The position numbers were made by a program, and so were the translations under genes. Below, piece after piece: positions 13,730 through 27,527 of a stretch of DNA of 64,000 nucleotides. The stretch lies in assembly GCA_964016885.1 (NCBI GenBank), contig OZ024741.1, positions 267,964,001 through 268,028,000 on the forward strand. The letters run 5' to 3'. Every line of letters begins with the position of its first letter. The stretch's first letter is position 1. The notes beneath the pieces are model-generated. The model was not told where the DNA came from and ran no database searches. It was given only the letters and a program-made list of their open reading frames with translations. The stretch comes from Eledone cirrhosa. Its lineage: Eukaryota.

Positions 13730-14143
13730 CAGGGGCGAAGGGTGCGTGTATGCAATGCATGCGTTATAGAATCTTGAGTTGATCAATTGCGCCGGTTGAA
13801 GCAAGCAGAATTTTGGCTGCTTACTAAATCGTAGACACATGAAAAGATAACACATACACACACAAACACACAACAGCGTCGGTTGAAGCAAGCAGAATTT
13901 TGGCTGCTTGGTAAATCGTAGACACATAAAAAGATAACACACACATACACGCAAACACACGACAGTCTCGGTTGAAGAAGATAACACACACACATACACT
14001 AGATAACACTACATGCAGCTTTGACCGGGAGGGTCATTTAGAGGGAATTGGGGGACGGGGGGGGGGGTAAGACTGCACAGCCCCACTTTCCACCATGGCG
14101 ATTGGACTGCATGCCCTGCTTTCCAGGTTACCCTTTGCCACTG
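13730..14143. mobile_element. hAT-like MITE with an internal ~90-bp tandem repeat
   Basis: TIRs CAGGGGCGAAGGGT / ACCCTTTGCCACTG (12/14); ATATATAT on both flanks; CGGTTGAAG(C)AAG recurs three times at ~90-bp spacing. Confidence 0.7.
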
Positions 14144-14186
<43 letters not shown>

Positions 14187-15032
14187 CACACACATATATA
14201 TATATTGACATATGTTGATGCCCTAAGGACAGAGACCGCTCGAGAGTACTCGGCCATGGATCTCAGGAATTTTACCCGCCCTAGATAGATAGAGATAGAG
14301 ATATTTTTATTTTATTTTTGTTCTGAGTTCAAATCCTGACATGGTTGACTTTGCTTTTTGTACTTCAGGATCCACTAAATAAGTGCTTCTAACATAGGTA
14401 CGAGGTCATAAATTTTCAAAAAGGGTTCAACAAATAATTTGACCCAAGTATTTGACAGGTACTTTATTTTATCAACCTTGGAAGGATGAAAAATAAAGTT
14501 GACTTTGACAGAATTTAAACTCAGAATTTAAAAGAACTAGAAGAAATTAAGTACCAGTAACACACTGAGGATTGATTCAATCAAATATACTTTTCTTTAT
14601 ACAAATTGTTCATGTGCATGTATGTAAAAAATCAATATATTTCTGTGTGAAAATTTCCCCAATATGATATTTCAGTTTTTGATTGTCCCATGACTGCATA
14701 TTTCTTCTTTCTTTTCACATTCAATAGACTTAATGTAGGAGTTATTTGTCCTTTTCTTTCAATATTCTATAGACTTGTGTATTTCATTTATTTTTTAGTG
14801 TTTTCTGTCATAACTTGTAGACTGCTTTCCTTTACATGAAATCTTTTCTTACATGATAAACTCTCTGCTTTTATATATATCAGAGTGTGTGTGTGTGTGT
14901 GTGTGTGTATGTTTTTATACTCTTCTTTTAGTTTATCTTTATAACAAGTTTAGCATGTACTCGTATATATGTATGTGTATATATACACACACATATATGT
15001 ATACGTGTGTGTGTGTACACACATACATATAC

Positions 15033-15785
15033 TATCATCATCCTTTTATGACTGTTTTTCCATGCTTACATGGGTTGGATATGTTCTCTCCACCAAAGCC
15101 TGCCTCCACTTATTGCGAACCTTTGTCATTCTCTCTTTGAGGTTCAGCATTCTAATCACCTCCTGGCTCTTCTTTACCCACTGACCTTCATCCATATGCA
15201 TCACATATCCATACCAGTTCAGTCTTCTCTCTTCCACACTACAGCTGATTCATCTTATATCCAGTTTTTCTCTTAACACCTACACATCATTTCATTCGTG
15301 CACATTAACATTACACATCCAATGGAGTATGCTCACTTCATTTCTTTCCATGCTTTACAAACCCTCAACATTTACAGCCCATGTCACACTGCTATGCATC
15401 ATTGCACTCTTCATGCAGGATTCAAACAATCTACCTTTCAGCTAGAGAGAAAATCTCTCTGTTGCCAACATAGGTAGTAGGTCTCTGAACTTGTTCCAAC
15501 TTGTTCTCATTCTAGCTACTATGCTATCATGTAACCTCCACCACTGGTGATAAAGTCACCTCAGTAGCAGAAACTATCAACTATTTCTATGGTGCATTCC
15601 CAGGTTTGGAAAGGATATATTTCTCTGCTGCTCCTGTGCATCTGTCACACATGTAAAGTCTATCTTTCCTTTTAGCCTGTACCCACATATTACATTGTGT
15701 ACATCATATAGAATTCCTAGCTACTCCTTTTCTACATATTAAGTATAGCCACTTACTTCCCAACGGCAAGGACTTTGTCAAGAAA
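15033..15785 (-). pseudogene. Old RTE LINE 3' fragment
   Basis: EERRLNWYGYVMHMDEGQWVKK; (GAT) tail; many disablements. Confidence 0.8.
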
Positions 15786-15789
15786 CTTT

Positions 15790-16663
15790 GGATTAGCTGT
15801 GACAAATGAGCTAGTGTCATGATGCAGTTGCCAATTTTGCATGGCCTACAGATCTGGCCTAATGCTGAACTACATCATGTAGACATCGGAGGACTTCCTG
15901 ATAGTATTGCTTTGCAACCTTTTTGGTGTGTATTCAGAATGCACAACAATGTCTCGTTAATCAAAGAGAACAGCCACCATCACCTTGATATTGCTCTGAC
16001 TGGCATTTTTGGGCCTTGGTGACATTGGATGCTTCCACTTTGATGAATGAGCTTTGGTTTCTGAATCATGGCCATACACTCACATCTCATCTCCAGTATT
16101 CAGGAACCAAGGAGTCTTGTTGGCAATATGCAACATAACCTTAAGTTGATCCTAAAAATGCAGCTTGGGCATAAATTTCACTGTCACTCTGTATATACCC
16201 AAATCTTTCTTTAAAATTGCATGTGCAGAATCTTTACTGATCCCAACCCTGTCACTGATTTCCCACACCATCAAATGATGACCCTCCATTATTGAGGTCT
16301 GCACTTTCTCGATAATAACTGTATTGTAGCTTATTGATGGTCTCTTCAAATACTGGTCAAACTTGGAACCTATTATAACATTCTTTTATTCGGCCGCTTG
16401 GGTATCTACAAGTTTTTTGTAAAACTTGATGCAAGATCATTGCTCCACATGTTCCATCATCATGGACGAAATGAAAATGTGAAGAGTTAGTACAGCAATT
16501 CACTTGCTAACTGCCTGATAGCGACTCACACATTCAGCAGGCTTGCCAAAAACCACGCATGCACATGAATGTACACTGCTCCAGTCTGCATATTTTTGTC
16601 TCCTTAACGTCATTATTCTCCTACCAGAAAAATTAAGTCAGATACTTTTTTTAATAAACTTTG
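15790..16663 (-). pseudogene. Tc1/mariner transposase remnant
   Basis: IEKVQTSIMEGHHLMVWEISDRVGISKDSAHAILKKDLGIYRVTVKFMPKL (mariner HTH and WVPxxL-type linker); TIR-like end flanked by TA near 16663. Confidence 0.75.
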
Positions 16664-16861
16664 TAATATATCTGTATGTATCTATCTACATATCTTTCTC
16701 TATGTATATATATGTATATATATATATATATATACATATATACACACACACACACATGTGTGTGTGTGTGTCCATGTATATAATGTGTATGTATGTATAT
16801 ATATATTTGTGTGTGTGCATATATATATGTATGTGTGTTTGAAAGTATATATATATCCATA

Positions 16862-16938
<77 letters not shown>

Positions 16939-18454
16939 GCATGCATATATATGTACATTTATTTATACACACATATACAAACACTCTAAAAAAATTAACA
17001 TGAATATGATAAGATTTCACAAAATACAAAATGCATTGAAATACTTGTTCACTAAAGCTGAACTTACTCTTTTCCATCGTTTCTCTGAAATTATCAATCT
17101 CTATGGGATTATATGTTGATGTTTGAACAATAGCTGTCTTACAAAGGATCTAGCTTAAACTATAAGTTCTACAAAATACGTTGGTGTCTGGCTTTAAACA
17201 AAAATAGAATGCAGCTGAACTAATAGATAGTTGTTGTTGAGCTTGTTGTTATTATTATTTCTTCAATAAACAGTTTTGCTATATAATAAAAGCTTTCAGA
17301 GGCATCAGATATTTTTTTTTTAAAAGATTCTCCAAAGGAAAATTCAAAGACTACAATATCTGAACTGTCATTACCCAAGACAACAATTTTTAAATATAAA
17401 TAAATTGTATTAATGTTTCTTTGCTATTATTATTGCTTTGTTATCATTTAGTATCACTTTAATTTTTTTTTCTCCTGTGAGATTCTGGTTGTTTCTGCTG
17501 CTAATCTCTTCTTTACTTTATTTTGAAATCAACTCTAAATGTAATTTTATTTTCTCTTCCTGGGCTGTTTTTTTGTTGTTGTTTTTTTTTGTTTGTTTTT
17601 TTGTCTTTTTGCTTTATTCTAATTCAAGAGTTCCCAACCTGGGCTAAATCATCCTTAAGTAGGTAAATTTTACCTACCCAGGAAGTATAATTGGCTGATT
17701 GCATTTGGTCCTAGTATCAGTGTCTGTTCAATAGTGGCTTAAGGTCTCAATACGCCAAATGGGGGAAAAACATCCATCAACTAAGACTATATAGACTGCA
17801 CTACTCTATATGTATGTATACACTTCATGAAAAGCACTCCCTTCAGGTATTTTTGCTTTTACCCCTTGTTGATACACATCATTCCTGTTTTCACCAAGTT
17901 GTCTTATAGACAATGTCCACTCCCTCTATACTGTCTTAAATTGTTCCTGGATCAGCTCAAACCAGAATCAGTTCTCTTACTTGCTTGCTTCTTATGATTT
18001 AAACATCCCTAAAGGAAGGTTTGGTCTTGAGGCCTACATCCTCATCCAATGTGTCCTTCCTCCTTTGAGACAGTAGTATGTGATATGAGGAAGATTTGGC
18101 TGCTATTTCTAGCTGGTTGTTCAACTTCACAGCAGCTCATATTGAACTGATTATATTTTTCTACGCCATTGACTTTATTGTTTGTATAATTTTTATCTTG
18201 ATGTAACAATAATGTCTTTGTTTCTTAATATTTCTTGAGAAAGGTACAAATGTCACACTTCTCACACATCTTTAAACAAATTCTTAAGTTTCATGTCTAA
18301 AGGAGATGAAAAGTCATTCTAGATTTCTCTTCTTGGGACATTTGCAAGCCTTGTCTAGAAAGAGTTAACCTTTTTATAAGAGAACGTTTAAAAGTTTCAT
18401 TCTTATGGTCCTTTTAGTTTCGTCCCTCCTCCTTCTCCCCCTGTTGACGTCAAG

Positions 18455-19240
18455 TCCCCCCCCCCAACGCACATGGGATGCCATCCAGTGCAGCCTGGCC
18501 TCAGACAGGCTCATGCGCCAGCTTGACCAGCACCACCTTGCTTGTTTCCATGCGGCCTCCAAACCCCACGGGTGTTTGGCTCCATGCCCTGCCCTCCTTC
18601 TCCACTGGCACGCAGCTAGACAACCATAGCCTGCGCATCAGCGTTTCCCTGAGGCTCGGCCTCTGGATCTGCCAGCTACAACAATGTCACTGCGGTTCCA
18701 CCGTGGACTCTTTCGGCCTCCACCCGCTTTCCTGTTGCGACAGTGCCGGCCGCATTCCATGCCATGCTGTCCTCAACGAGGTCATTAAGTATGACTTGGA
18801 CGCTGCAGGCTTCCCTTCCCAGCTCGAGCTGGTGGGGCTGGATCGAGGGGACGGCAAAAGGCCAGATGGCATGACCAACTTCTCGTTCCGCGGTGGCAAA
18901 CCCCTCGTCTGAGATGTCACTTGCACCGACACTTTCTGCAGCCGCAAACTGGTGCAGTCTGCGACTAACCCAGATTCTGCTGCACGTCAGGCTGAGGAGG
19001 CCAAACTCCTCAAATACCGGTCGCTCTCCAACAGGTTTGAGGTCGTACCCCTGGCAGTGGAGACATCTAGTGTCCTCGGCCCCAGGGCTACCTCCTTATT
19101 CACCATCATAGGCGGTGAGCTGGCCAGCCGCAGGTGTGAGCCCCGCGAGTTGGAGTGGCTTTTCCAGCGCGTCTCCCTTGCCGCCTCCGTGGAAACGCCT
19201 TCTCGATTCTGTCCACCGGGACTGTGGGTGGGCGCCATCG
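18455..19240 (+). pseudogene. 5'-truncated CRE-clade non-LTR retrotransposon (zinc finger + RLE)
   Basis: SLRLG, CHCG...[30 protein letters not shown] (W to stop), EEAKLLKY, VPLAVETSSVLG, LFQRVSLA. Confidence 0.85.
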
Positions 19241-19328
19241 CGTATCATTTTTGTAAATATGACAACAATCTATCCGATTCTAACATTATAACCAATTTAC
19301 GCTACTAGAGTCAACTACGTATCCAATC

Positions 19329-22300
19329 CATCATCATCATCATACATCCGCTTTTTCCTGCTTGCAAAGGTTGGACGGGTCCTATTCAGCACAGCATCTT
19401 TCCACCCATCACGGTCCGTCGTCATCTCCTCCGTGAGTTTCAGCCTATGTTTTTCGTGGTCTACCTGTACTGGGACTTCCTGGCACTTCTTCACCCATCG
19501 GTCATCCTCCATGCGCATCACATGTCCAAACCATCTCAGCCTTCTCTCCTGCACACCACAACTTATCCCTCTTGTACCCAGTTTCTTTATCAACTCGTCT
19601 ATGCTTGGTCATTCTCGTACATTGACATTGCACATCCAACGGAGCATACTTGCTTCATTTCTCTCCAGCCGTCACATATCTTCTGCAGTTGTCCATGTCT
19701 CACTACCATGCAGCATCGCGCATCTCACACAGGCATCATATAACCGTCCTTTCGTATGCAGGGACAAACCCTTCTTTGTCAACAGAGGGAGCAGCTCCCT
19801 AAACTTCTTCCAACCCGTCCTTATTCTAGATACTATGGCCTCGGAACACCCCCCCTCCCATGCTAATCTGATCACCTAGGTACCGGAAGCTATCAACCAC
19901 TTCTATAGAACCCACCTGCATTGGAAAAATGAGTCTATCACATCGATTACTACTGCCAACTTTCCCTGTACATCTACTGCATACATAGTTTTCCCTACCT
20001 GTTAGTTTGTCTACTATCCCACTACATCTCTTGTGTACCCAAGATCTGCTTTGCGTACATTTTATGGAATTTAGGCCAGTTCCTTTCATACATATCAAAT
20101 ATAGCCATTTCTCTGATAGAATCAGAGTATTGTCCTCTCTTCTACTTATCAACGCCTTTTTTTTAGCTATGTTCACTCTCAGGTCTCTTGATTCCAACTG
20201 CTGGTTCCATAGCCACAATTTATTCTCCAGCTCCTTTACTGATTCTGCTATAAGAACCAGATCATCAGCATAAAGAAGTTCCCATGGGCATCCAGTCTTA
20301 AACTCCTCCGTTATGGCTTGGAGGACTATAATGAACAAGAGTGGGCTGAGGACAGAACCTTGATATACACCTACTTGTATCTGGAATTCCTCACTAAACT
20401 CCACTCCTATTCTCACTTTACTGACAGCACTCCTGTACATAGCTTGCACTGTCCTCACAAGCCATTCCTCTATCCCTAGTTTCCTTAGGGACCATCAGAT
20501 AACAGATCGGGGTACCCTATCAAAGGCCTTCTCTAGGTCAACAAAACTAAGTATAGTGGCTTATTCTTCTCTAAGAACCTCTCTTGTAGTTGTCTCACTA
20601 TGAAGAGGGCATCTGTTGTACTTTTCCGAGGCACAAAACCAAACTGCATCTCATCTAAATTGACCCTTTCTCAGTTGTCACTTTCATAACCTGATCCATC
20701 AGCTTTATGCCCCTATAATTGCTCCTCTCTTGAGCATCCCCTTTACCTTTGTAACAATTTATGAGAATACTGCTCCACCAGTCTTTGGGTATGACACCAC
20801 CATATATAGCTTGATTAATGATGCCTGCGACTAATTTAGTGCCTACTTCTCCTAAAGCCTACAGCATCTCAGCAGCCTTACCATTCTTCATTTCCTTAAT
20901 TGCCTCTTGTACCCTATATTCGTCAATCTCAATAGCTGGTCCCTCTGTCAGGTCTACTGGGGGTAATTCCTCTCTGTCCCATTCATTCTCTACATTCATC
21001 ATTCACTCATAATGACATTTCCAGGCCTCCTTCTTTTGATCATTCGTGACACTAAGTACACCGGCATCATTCCGGACACATTTATCTCCAACAACATCCT
21101 GATTTGCACTGACACACTGCCTTGCAATGTGGAACACCGCCCGTCTCTGATCTTTCCGTCACAGAACATTGGCAAACCTCCTACTCTCAGCCTCCCTGTG
21201 TGCTAAGTACACCTGTCATCTAGGTTCTCTCTTAGCGGCTGTGTATCCATCTCTATTCCCACCATTTTTCCAAGCTTTCCATGCCAGTCTTTTGTCTCTA
21301 ATGGCCTTATCTACCGTGCTGTTCCACCACCAGGTCACTCTCTATCTGGTGGAAGCTCTTCCCCAACCACAAGTTTCTTCAGTAGCCTGCAGTAAGTTGT
21401 CATGCAAGAAATTCCAGTTATCATCTATGCCATACAACTCTAAATCGTCTTCTTTTTCGTCGTACGCGTCTTTCTTTTTCGTCGTACGCGTCTTGAAGGG
21501 CTTTGCTAAATTTATATTTTAATGAAAGGTCTTTTAGCTTCCAGACCTTTCTTTTCCACACCTTCCTGTATGTCTCATTCTTTCTCTTGCTTACTGAGAT
21601 GTCACTGATGACTAACCTATGTTGTGGGGTACATTCTTCTCCAGGGTAAGCCTTAGTATTTGACACCATCCGTCTGTTTCGCAGACTAACTAGCAGGAAG
21701 TCAATCTGGCTAATGTGCTCGCCTGATTTGTAGGTTATTAGGTGGTTGGTAGGCTTCTGGAAGTTAGTGTTGCAAATGGTTAGTGCATTTGCATCACAAA
21801 ATTCAAGAAGCCTCACTCCTTCTTCATTTCTTGAGCCGTAACCGTGCCCACCATGTACTCCAGTGTATCTATTCTGGAGCTGTCCAACATGTCCATTGAA
21901 GTCCCCTGCTAGCATAACGATGTCTCTGTCCTCTGTCATTGAGGCTGTCTGTAAAAGCTGCTCATAAAAGCCGTCTTTCTCTTCTTTACCTAGGCCTGCC
22001 TGGAAATCATAGGTAGAGATGATTGTCAGTAGTTTCTTGCCTACAACTAATCTAAGCATAATTATTCTATTACTAACTTTAACTACCTCTATTTTCTTAT
22101 TGATCCAACTCTCAGCCAGTAATATGCCCACCCCACCTAACCCATCATCATTACCCACCCAGAAAAGCTACAATGTTTGCCTGCGATTAGTCTTGCAGAA
22201 CCACCTCTCCATCTCACCTCTTGCACACATCCACATGCCTTCTCTCCAGCATCTTTGCCACCTCACCAGATCTACCTGTGAGAGTGCCAACTTTAAGTGT

Positions 22301-22420
22301 GGCAACTCTGAGATGCGACGTCCCGTTCTTTTTCCTGTTGTGCGATTGCTTGATGATGGTCGTGGGGTTCTCACACATGGCCACTCTAGCCACCCCACTA
22401 CCGTGCGCAGCCTTAACATG
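19329..22420 (-). mobile_element. Near full-length degenerate RTE LINE (family B; APE + RT)
   Basis: GGVGILL, AGDFNGHVG, SQIDFLLV, QHRLVISD (APE); QGSVLSPLLF, LLYADDL (RT); frameshifts, deletions and a 22-bp duplication near 21450-21495; (GAT)n tail. Confidence 0.92.
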
Positions 22421-24287
22421 GTTATTGTTATTGCTGTGTTATATTAATGATTAAAACATACCATTGACATTTTTTATTTAATATTTATTCAAATTCTGAT
22501 ACATTTCAGCTGTCTTCCTTTAATATGTCTTCCTGGTTCCTGTAATATTCACATAGAACTGTTGTTTTCACTTTGTTGTGCTTCATCAGTAAAAAATCTA
22601 ATAGACATTAGTTATTTTACTACAGAGATGTTTCACAAGCCTACTATCTAAACTCTTAATAAATAAACCAAGGAAGGAGCTTTTACACAGCTGCTTGACT
22701 TGCTAGAAGTAGCATCAAATCTCTCTCAAATCACACCCCACCATCTAAAAACAAGGAAGAATACATTATATAATATAGTTTGAGATACCTTAAGAATTAT
22801 ATTTTGAGCATAACTGGAATACTTTTGGTTATAGGTTTGCTTAATCAAGGTTAACCTAGGGTTAAGCAACAACAACCACTCTCAAGAAACAGAACATAAT
22901 TGTATAGTTTTATTAATTCTCAGTTTTTAGTTTTTCTGTTTTAAGAAACAAATAGAATTACAACTTATCTATATGTGTAGAGACTCATTTTTCTCTGGTC
23001 TATTTGTTTTCTTTCCACAAATATACATCGATCTTTATGGAATTTAGAGTTTATCATCTGCTTTTTTTTTCTATCAAAATATATATTTTTAATCAAATCT
23101 CACTGAATTCATTTATTAGGTCATATATTGGAAATCTTGGTCATGTTGACATGTATTTGAACTAATAATGTAATATGCACTCTCTGTATGCATTCCATCA
23201 AGCAAATGTCCATGTTACACAATATACTTCTAATTAGAATGTCATTCTTAGTTTATAGACATTGTTAGTAACTGCATTATTCACTAGACTATTATATTAT
23301 ATTCTTTCTTTTAACAATTCTCCTTTTCCTCCAACTGATCTCTGGCATTTGCCACTAAGATTCAATTGATTCTCTCTTCTGCATTTTCCCACAGTATCTA
23401 TCTATCTGTCTTCTGCTTCTCTATTTTTCCATTCCATCTTATTAATTCGTACTAAGCAGTATCCCAAAACATTTTACACATCTTATTATTTCATATCCAA
23501 TCACTAACATCCCTTCCTATCCAGTTTATTTCACAACCGCTCCTAATATAACATTTCTCTCACACTGATCTGATTGTCATTGCACACACAAATTGGAAAA
23601 CAATCTCCAAAGAATCCAGCACTTTTCTATAAGAATCCCACCATTCACTTTGTTCATTCATTATCTTCCAGCACTCATCTGTCTTGGTTCAATAATGTTA
23701 GACACATCCATAGCATGAGCTTGACTATGTTGTTATGGAGATCTTGGATTGCCTGGGCACCTTTTGGCATTGACAATGTAATCAAAAAATAAATCTAGCC
23801 AACAATAAATCTTACACCAACAGCTTGGCTGCAGGGCAAGTAATTTGAAGTGGCTTGCCAGTGAGGGAACACAATGTGATGGCTTCAGCAAGATAACAAA
23901 TTCAATCATCAGTGTACTTCCTTGTCCTCTTAGCCATTCTGTCACTTAGTACCACCCTCTCTCCTCCCATACACTCATTAAGTAGTTTTACTTCTACCAA
24001 ACAGCCTTGGTTTACTTTAAATCTCTTACATAAATATTCTCTGACTTATCAATTCCTCTAAAATCATATTTTATTTTCTCTATTTCCACAGACCCCCTTT
24101 GAACAGTAATTTAATTTATGTTGAGCTTTTGTGAATAGACTTGTGTTGTAACTTATCATTATTATACTATTTTTTTTTAAAGCAGTGGAGGAATTATAAT
24201 CTGTTGAACAAATCTCAGAATGGATCTCTGTTGGTTTTGATGATGAACATTCCAGTTGTTTGATCAATGGAATGGCCTACTCATTAA

Positions 24288-24497
24288 CCCTTTAGCATTT
24301 ACATTACTATTGTATTTTCATGGTAAACACTTTATCTCACATAATTATCTCACATAATATTGAATCTGTGAGCTTTTGATATTATTTATTTTGAGAACAA
24401 TACCTTAACATAAGTATGAGCAGCTGGTTATGGCTGGTTTGAAGAGAAAGGGGTGAGAGAATTCTGGCCGGATACAGCCAGTTTAAATGCTAAAGGG
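24288..24497. mobile_element. piggyBac-like MITE
   Basis: TTAA|CCCTTTAGCATTTA ... TAAATGCTAAAGGG|TTAA. Confidence 0.85.
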
Positions 24498-25767
24498 TTA
24501 AGTTACAGTGAAAGTGGCTGAATATGCCATGGACACACTTAACCATAACATAATTCTCAGGGAGATTCAGTTTGACACAGTGTGCGGCAAAGCTAGCCTT
24601 TTCAATTTCCTGTTCTATTCCTGGTTATCCATATATACTGTGGCATATGGAATAATGGTCTTGTCCTGACAAAACACACTGAAACATCTACAGTGGATTT
24701 CAGCTGGTTATCCCTGAACTGTTAATCCTATATATATTATGTTATTCTGTCTCTACAAATATTGATCTTACAATGAGATTGTTGCTGTTCTTGTTCTACC
24801 CTTGTAAAGAAGCTAGTGCTGGTGCCACGAAATATGCTCCAAGTACAAGGTGTAAAGTGGTTGGCATTAAGAAGAGCATTTAGCTGTAGGAAACATAGTC
24901 AAAAACAGAATGTATATGGTCACCTGACCTGTCTAGTCTCAACAACATTACAAGCCATCTAACCATGGAAAAATAGACATGAAACTAAAGCAGGCTAATG
25001 TCAACCTTTGAAGTCATACTGGTACCTAATAGGTTTGCTGATGATGATGATTTTCACAGTCTACAGAAGAAGTTATGGGGGCGTTTTGGGAAACTCTTTT
25101 TGTTCTAGAATTGTAAAACAGTTAACATTGCTAAAAATAGCAGTTAAATTCCTATCAAATCAACCCCTTGCTATCTTTGTAAAGGAAGGGAATATTGGAT
25201 AATATATTCCTAGATAAAGTATGTGTGAAAATAAGTTGGTATGAGATGTGATAACTACAGCTGTTGCAGTGCTCTTAATTACAGGTCTGCTTGATCAAGA
25301 CAACAATAACAACTGGACTTTTTAGATGAGTAGTCATTTCTGAAGAAAAACTTAGATATATCATCATCATTAACATGTTTATTTTTATGTCCACTTGTCA
25401 CTGTTGGCAACCTATACTTTATTTTTATGGTATATCATTTAGTTGTAAGACATTGTTTTATACAGGACATAAACAAATGTTACCATTTGCTTTAAATGGT
25501 GTTATGAAATTGTACGTACATTCATGTACACTCACACATACACACATACTCACACACACACACACGGACACACATACACACACACACTCATACACACACA
25601 CACACACACACACATACACACACACACACACACACACCTTGCTTGCAAGGAAAATGTCATTAAATGATGATGATGATGATGATGATGTATGATGATATAT
25701 ATTTATATCATCATCATTGTTAAACGTTTGCTTTCCCTGCTATCAAGGGTTGGACTATATACATATA

Positions 25768-25939
25768 CAAGGGGTTGCTGAAAATTTCTTGGCTTTAAGG
25801 GTATCACAAATGAGTAGAGCTGTTACCTTTACAGAGAAGGTAGGATCGTTGCAACAAGTGTGTGAATACAATCATAATTAACTGATCCGCCTATATTTTC
25901 TTTTACTCAAAGCCAGGAACTTTTCAGCACCCCCTCATG
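25768..25939. mobile_element. mariner-type MITE
   Basis: TIRs GGGGTTGCTGAAAATTTCTTGGCTTT / AAAGCCAGGAACTTTTCAGCACCCC with TA flanks. Confidence 0.75.
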
Positions 25940-25941
25940 TA

Positions 25942-26205
25942 TCATCACCATCATCGTTTAACATCCATTTTCGATGCTAGCATGAGTTAGACAGGTTGTC
26001 CCATTTGAGGCAAGTTGGGTCAGGTGACCATGTCTTGCTCATATAAGACTGTTTTGGACTAGATTTCTACAGCTGGATGCCTTTCTTAACGCCAGCCACA
26101 TTTACAGTATGTAGCTGGGTGCTTTTTGTGTGACTCCTACATAACCACTTTACAGTGTAGACTGGGTTCTTTTAGTCGTGACACCTACACAACCATTTTA
26201 CAGTC
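25942..26205 (-). mobile_element. RTE/SINE 3' tail fragment
   Basis: Reverse complement of the 3830-4075-type tail. Confidence 0.7.
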
Positions 26206-26209
26206 TGTA

Positions 26210-26240
<31 letters not shown>

Positions 26241-26259
26241 GAAAATATGTATATATATC

Positions 26260-26705
26260 CGACAGTCTTCTGCACAATTTCTTCTAGTGTTCTCACTCAC
26301 AAGCTCCGACATCTGGCAACTGACTTGGTAAACATCCACAAAATTATTAACGATCTTGCCAACAACCCTGAGCACCTTTTTGATTTCCATGTGTCTAACA
26401 CATGGGCATGCCAACAAAGTCAGAAAACAGCTTAGCTCCCATGACTTTCTGAAACATTTTTTCATGCTCAGAGTTGCTGAAGCATGGAACAAACTACCTG
26501 CATCAGTTATTAGCTGTCGAGACACTGCATCCTTTAAAACCTCCATGCTTCCTGAGATTCGCCAACACTATACCTGATATCTCCCCTCCATATACACGCA
26601 CACATGTATGTATTTCATGACTCATACACTGTTCATTTTCCTGACATTTGTACATTATTCTATGTACTATACATGCACCTTTGATGAGTTGTAGCGCACC
26701 TGGGG
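26260..26705 (+). pseudogene. CR1-like LINE 3' end
   Basis: DLVNIHKII ... HFFMLRVAEAWNKLPASVISC..TASFK; its 3' UTR recurs at ~27860-27930 with an (ATT)n tail. Confidence 0.75.
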
Positions 26706-27186
26706 ACTGACATTGGTGGGTGCAAAGCTTTAGAAGCCCAAGGTGCTGTATAGTAGGATTGAACTTGAAGCTACATAGTTGTAAAATAATTTTGTTAACC
26801 ATACAGTCATATCTATGCCTACATTACATATAATTATAGTTTCTAGATACTTATTATTAAAATATAGAAATGGTAGCTTTATTGTCCAAAACAGAGGACT
26901 TTCTAGAAAAAAATTAAGTGATTCCATAAATGTAACACAATTACTCTTAAATATAAATAATTCTGTAACAGTGATATTTTATATATTTTATTTAGTATGA
27001 AAATTTTAAATATTAAATTTCAAAAATAATCTTTTTGTTTTGGGAACTAAAAAGTATTCTTAAAAATTTAAACATAATCTATTTTAAAAATAAAAATAGG
27101 TTTCATTTAGAATTTTTATATTGTTTATGAAAGCAATTTAATGGGTCTGTATTTATATTTTGTGGAAACAGTTTGAAAATAAATTA

Positions 27187-27527
27187 TAGTGGAACATCAG
27201 TTCACAAACACCTCTCATCATGAACAAATCGGTTCACGAACAGTTTTTCCAAACATAAAATGTCTTGTGTGATAAACGGTCTCTTGAGTAACGAACGTGC
27301 AAGCCGGCTACAACAGTTGGTAACAGCTGGGAGTATTGGCGGGAAAGTGTCACGTGCTGTGTAGTTAGATAAATATCCTCATAGTAACTATCTTTCACAC
27401 ACAGCCTCTCTCTTACTGTATTTCTCTCTCAACATTTCGTATGGGGGAAATGGTTTCAGTTTATGAACATTTTGGATGACAAATTGCCTTCAGGAATGAA
27501 TTAATTTCATGAAACGATGTTCCACTG
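27187..27527. mobile_element. Tigger/pogo-like MITE, copy 1
   Basis: TA|TAGTGGAACATCAGTTCAC ... GATGTTCCACTG|TA; homologous to 34996-35322. Confidence 0.8.

Noticed and set aside
13317-13760. 147-aa minus-strand ORF as a possible host exon
   Set aside because: Overlapping frames give EPTKVKRKPG / ILKRDTEEDTEL, resembling a decayed LINE C-terminus, and the start lies inside a MITE
13790-13990. CRISPR-like repeat-spacer pattern
   Set aside because: Whole ~90-bp units repeat, including the putative spacers; eukaryotic context and no cas genes
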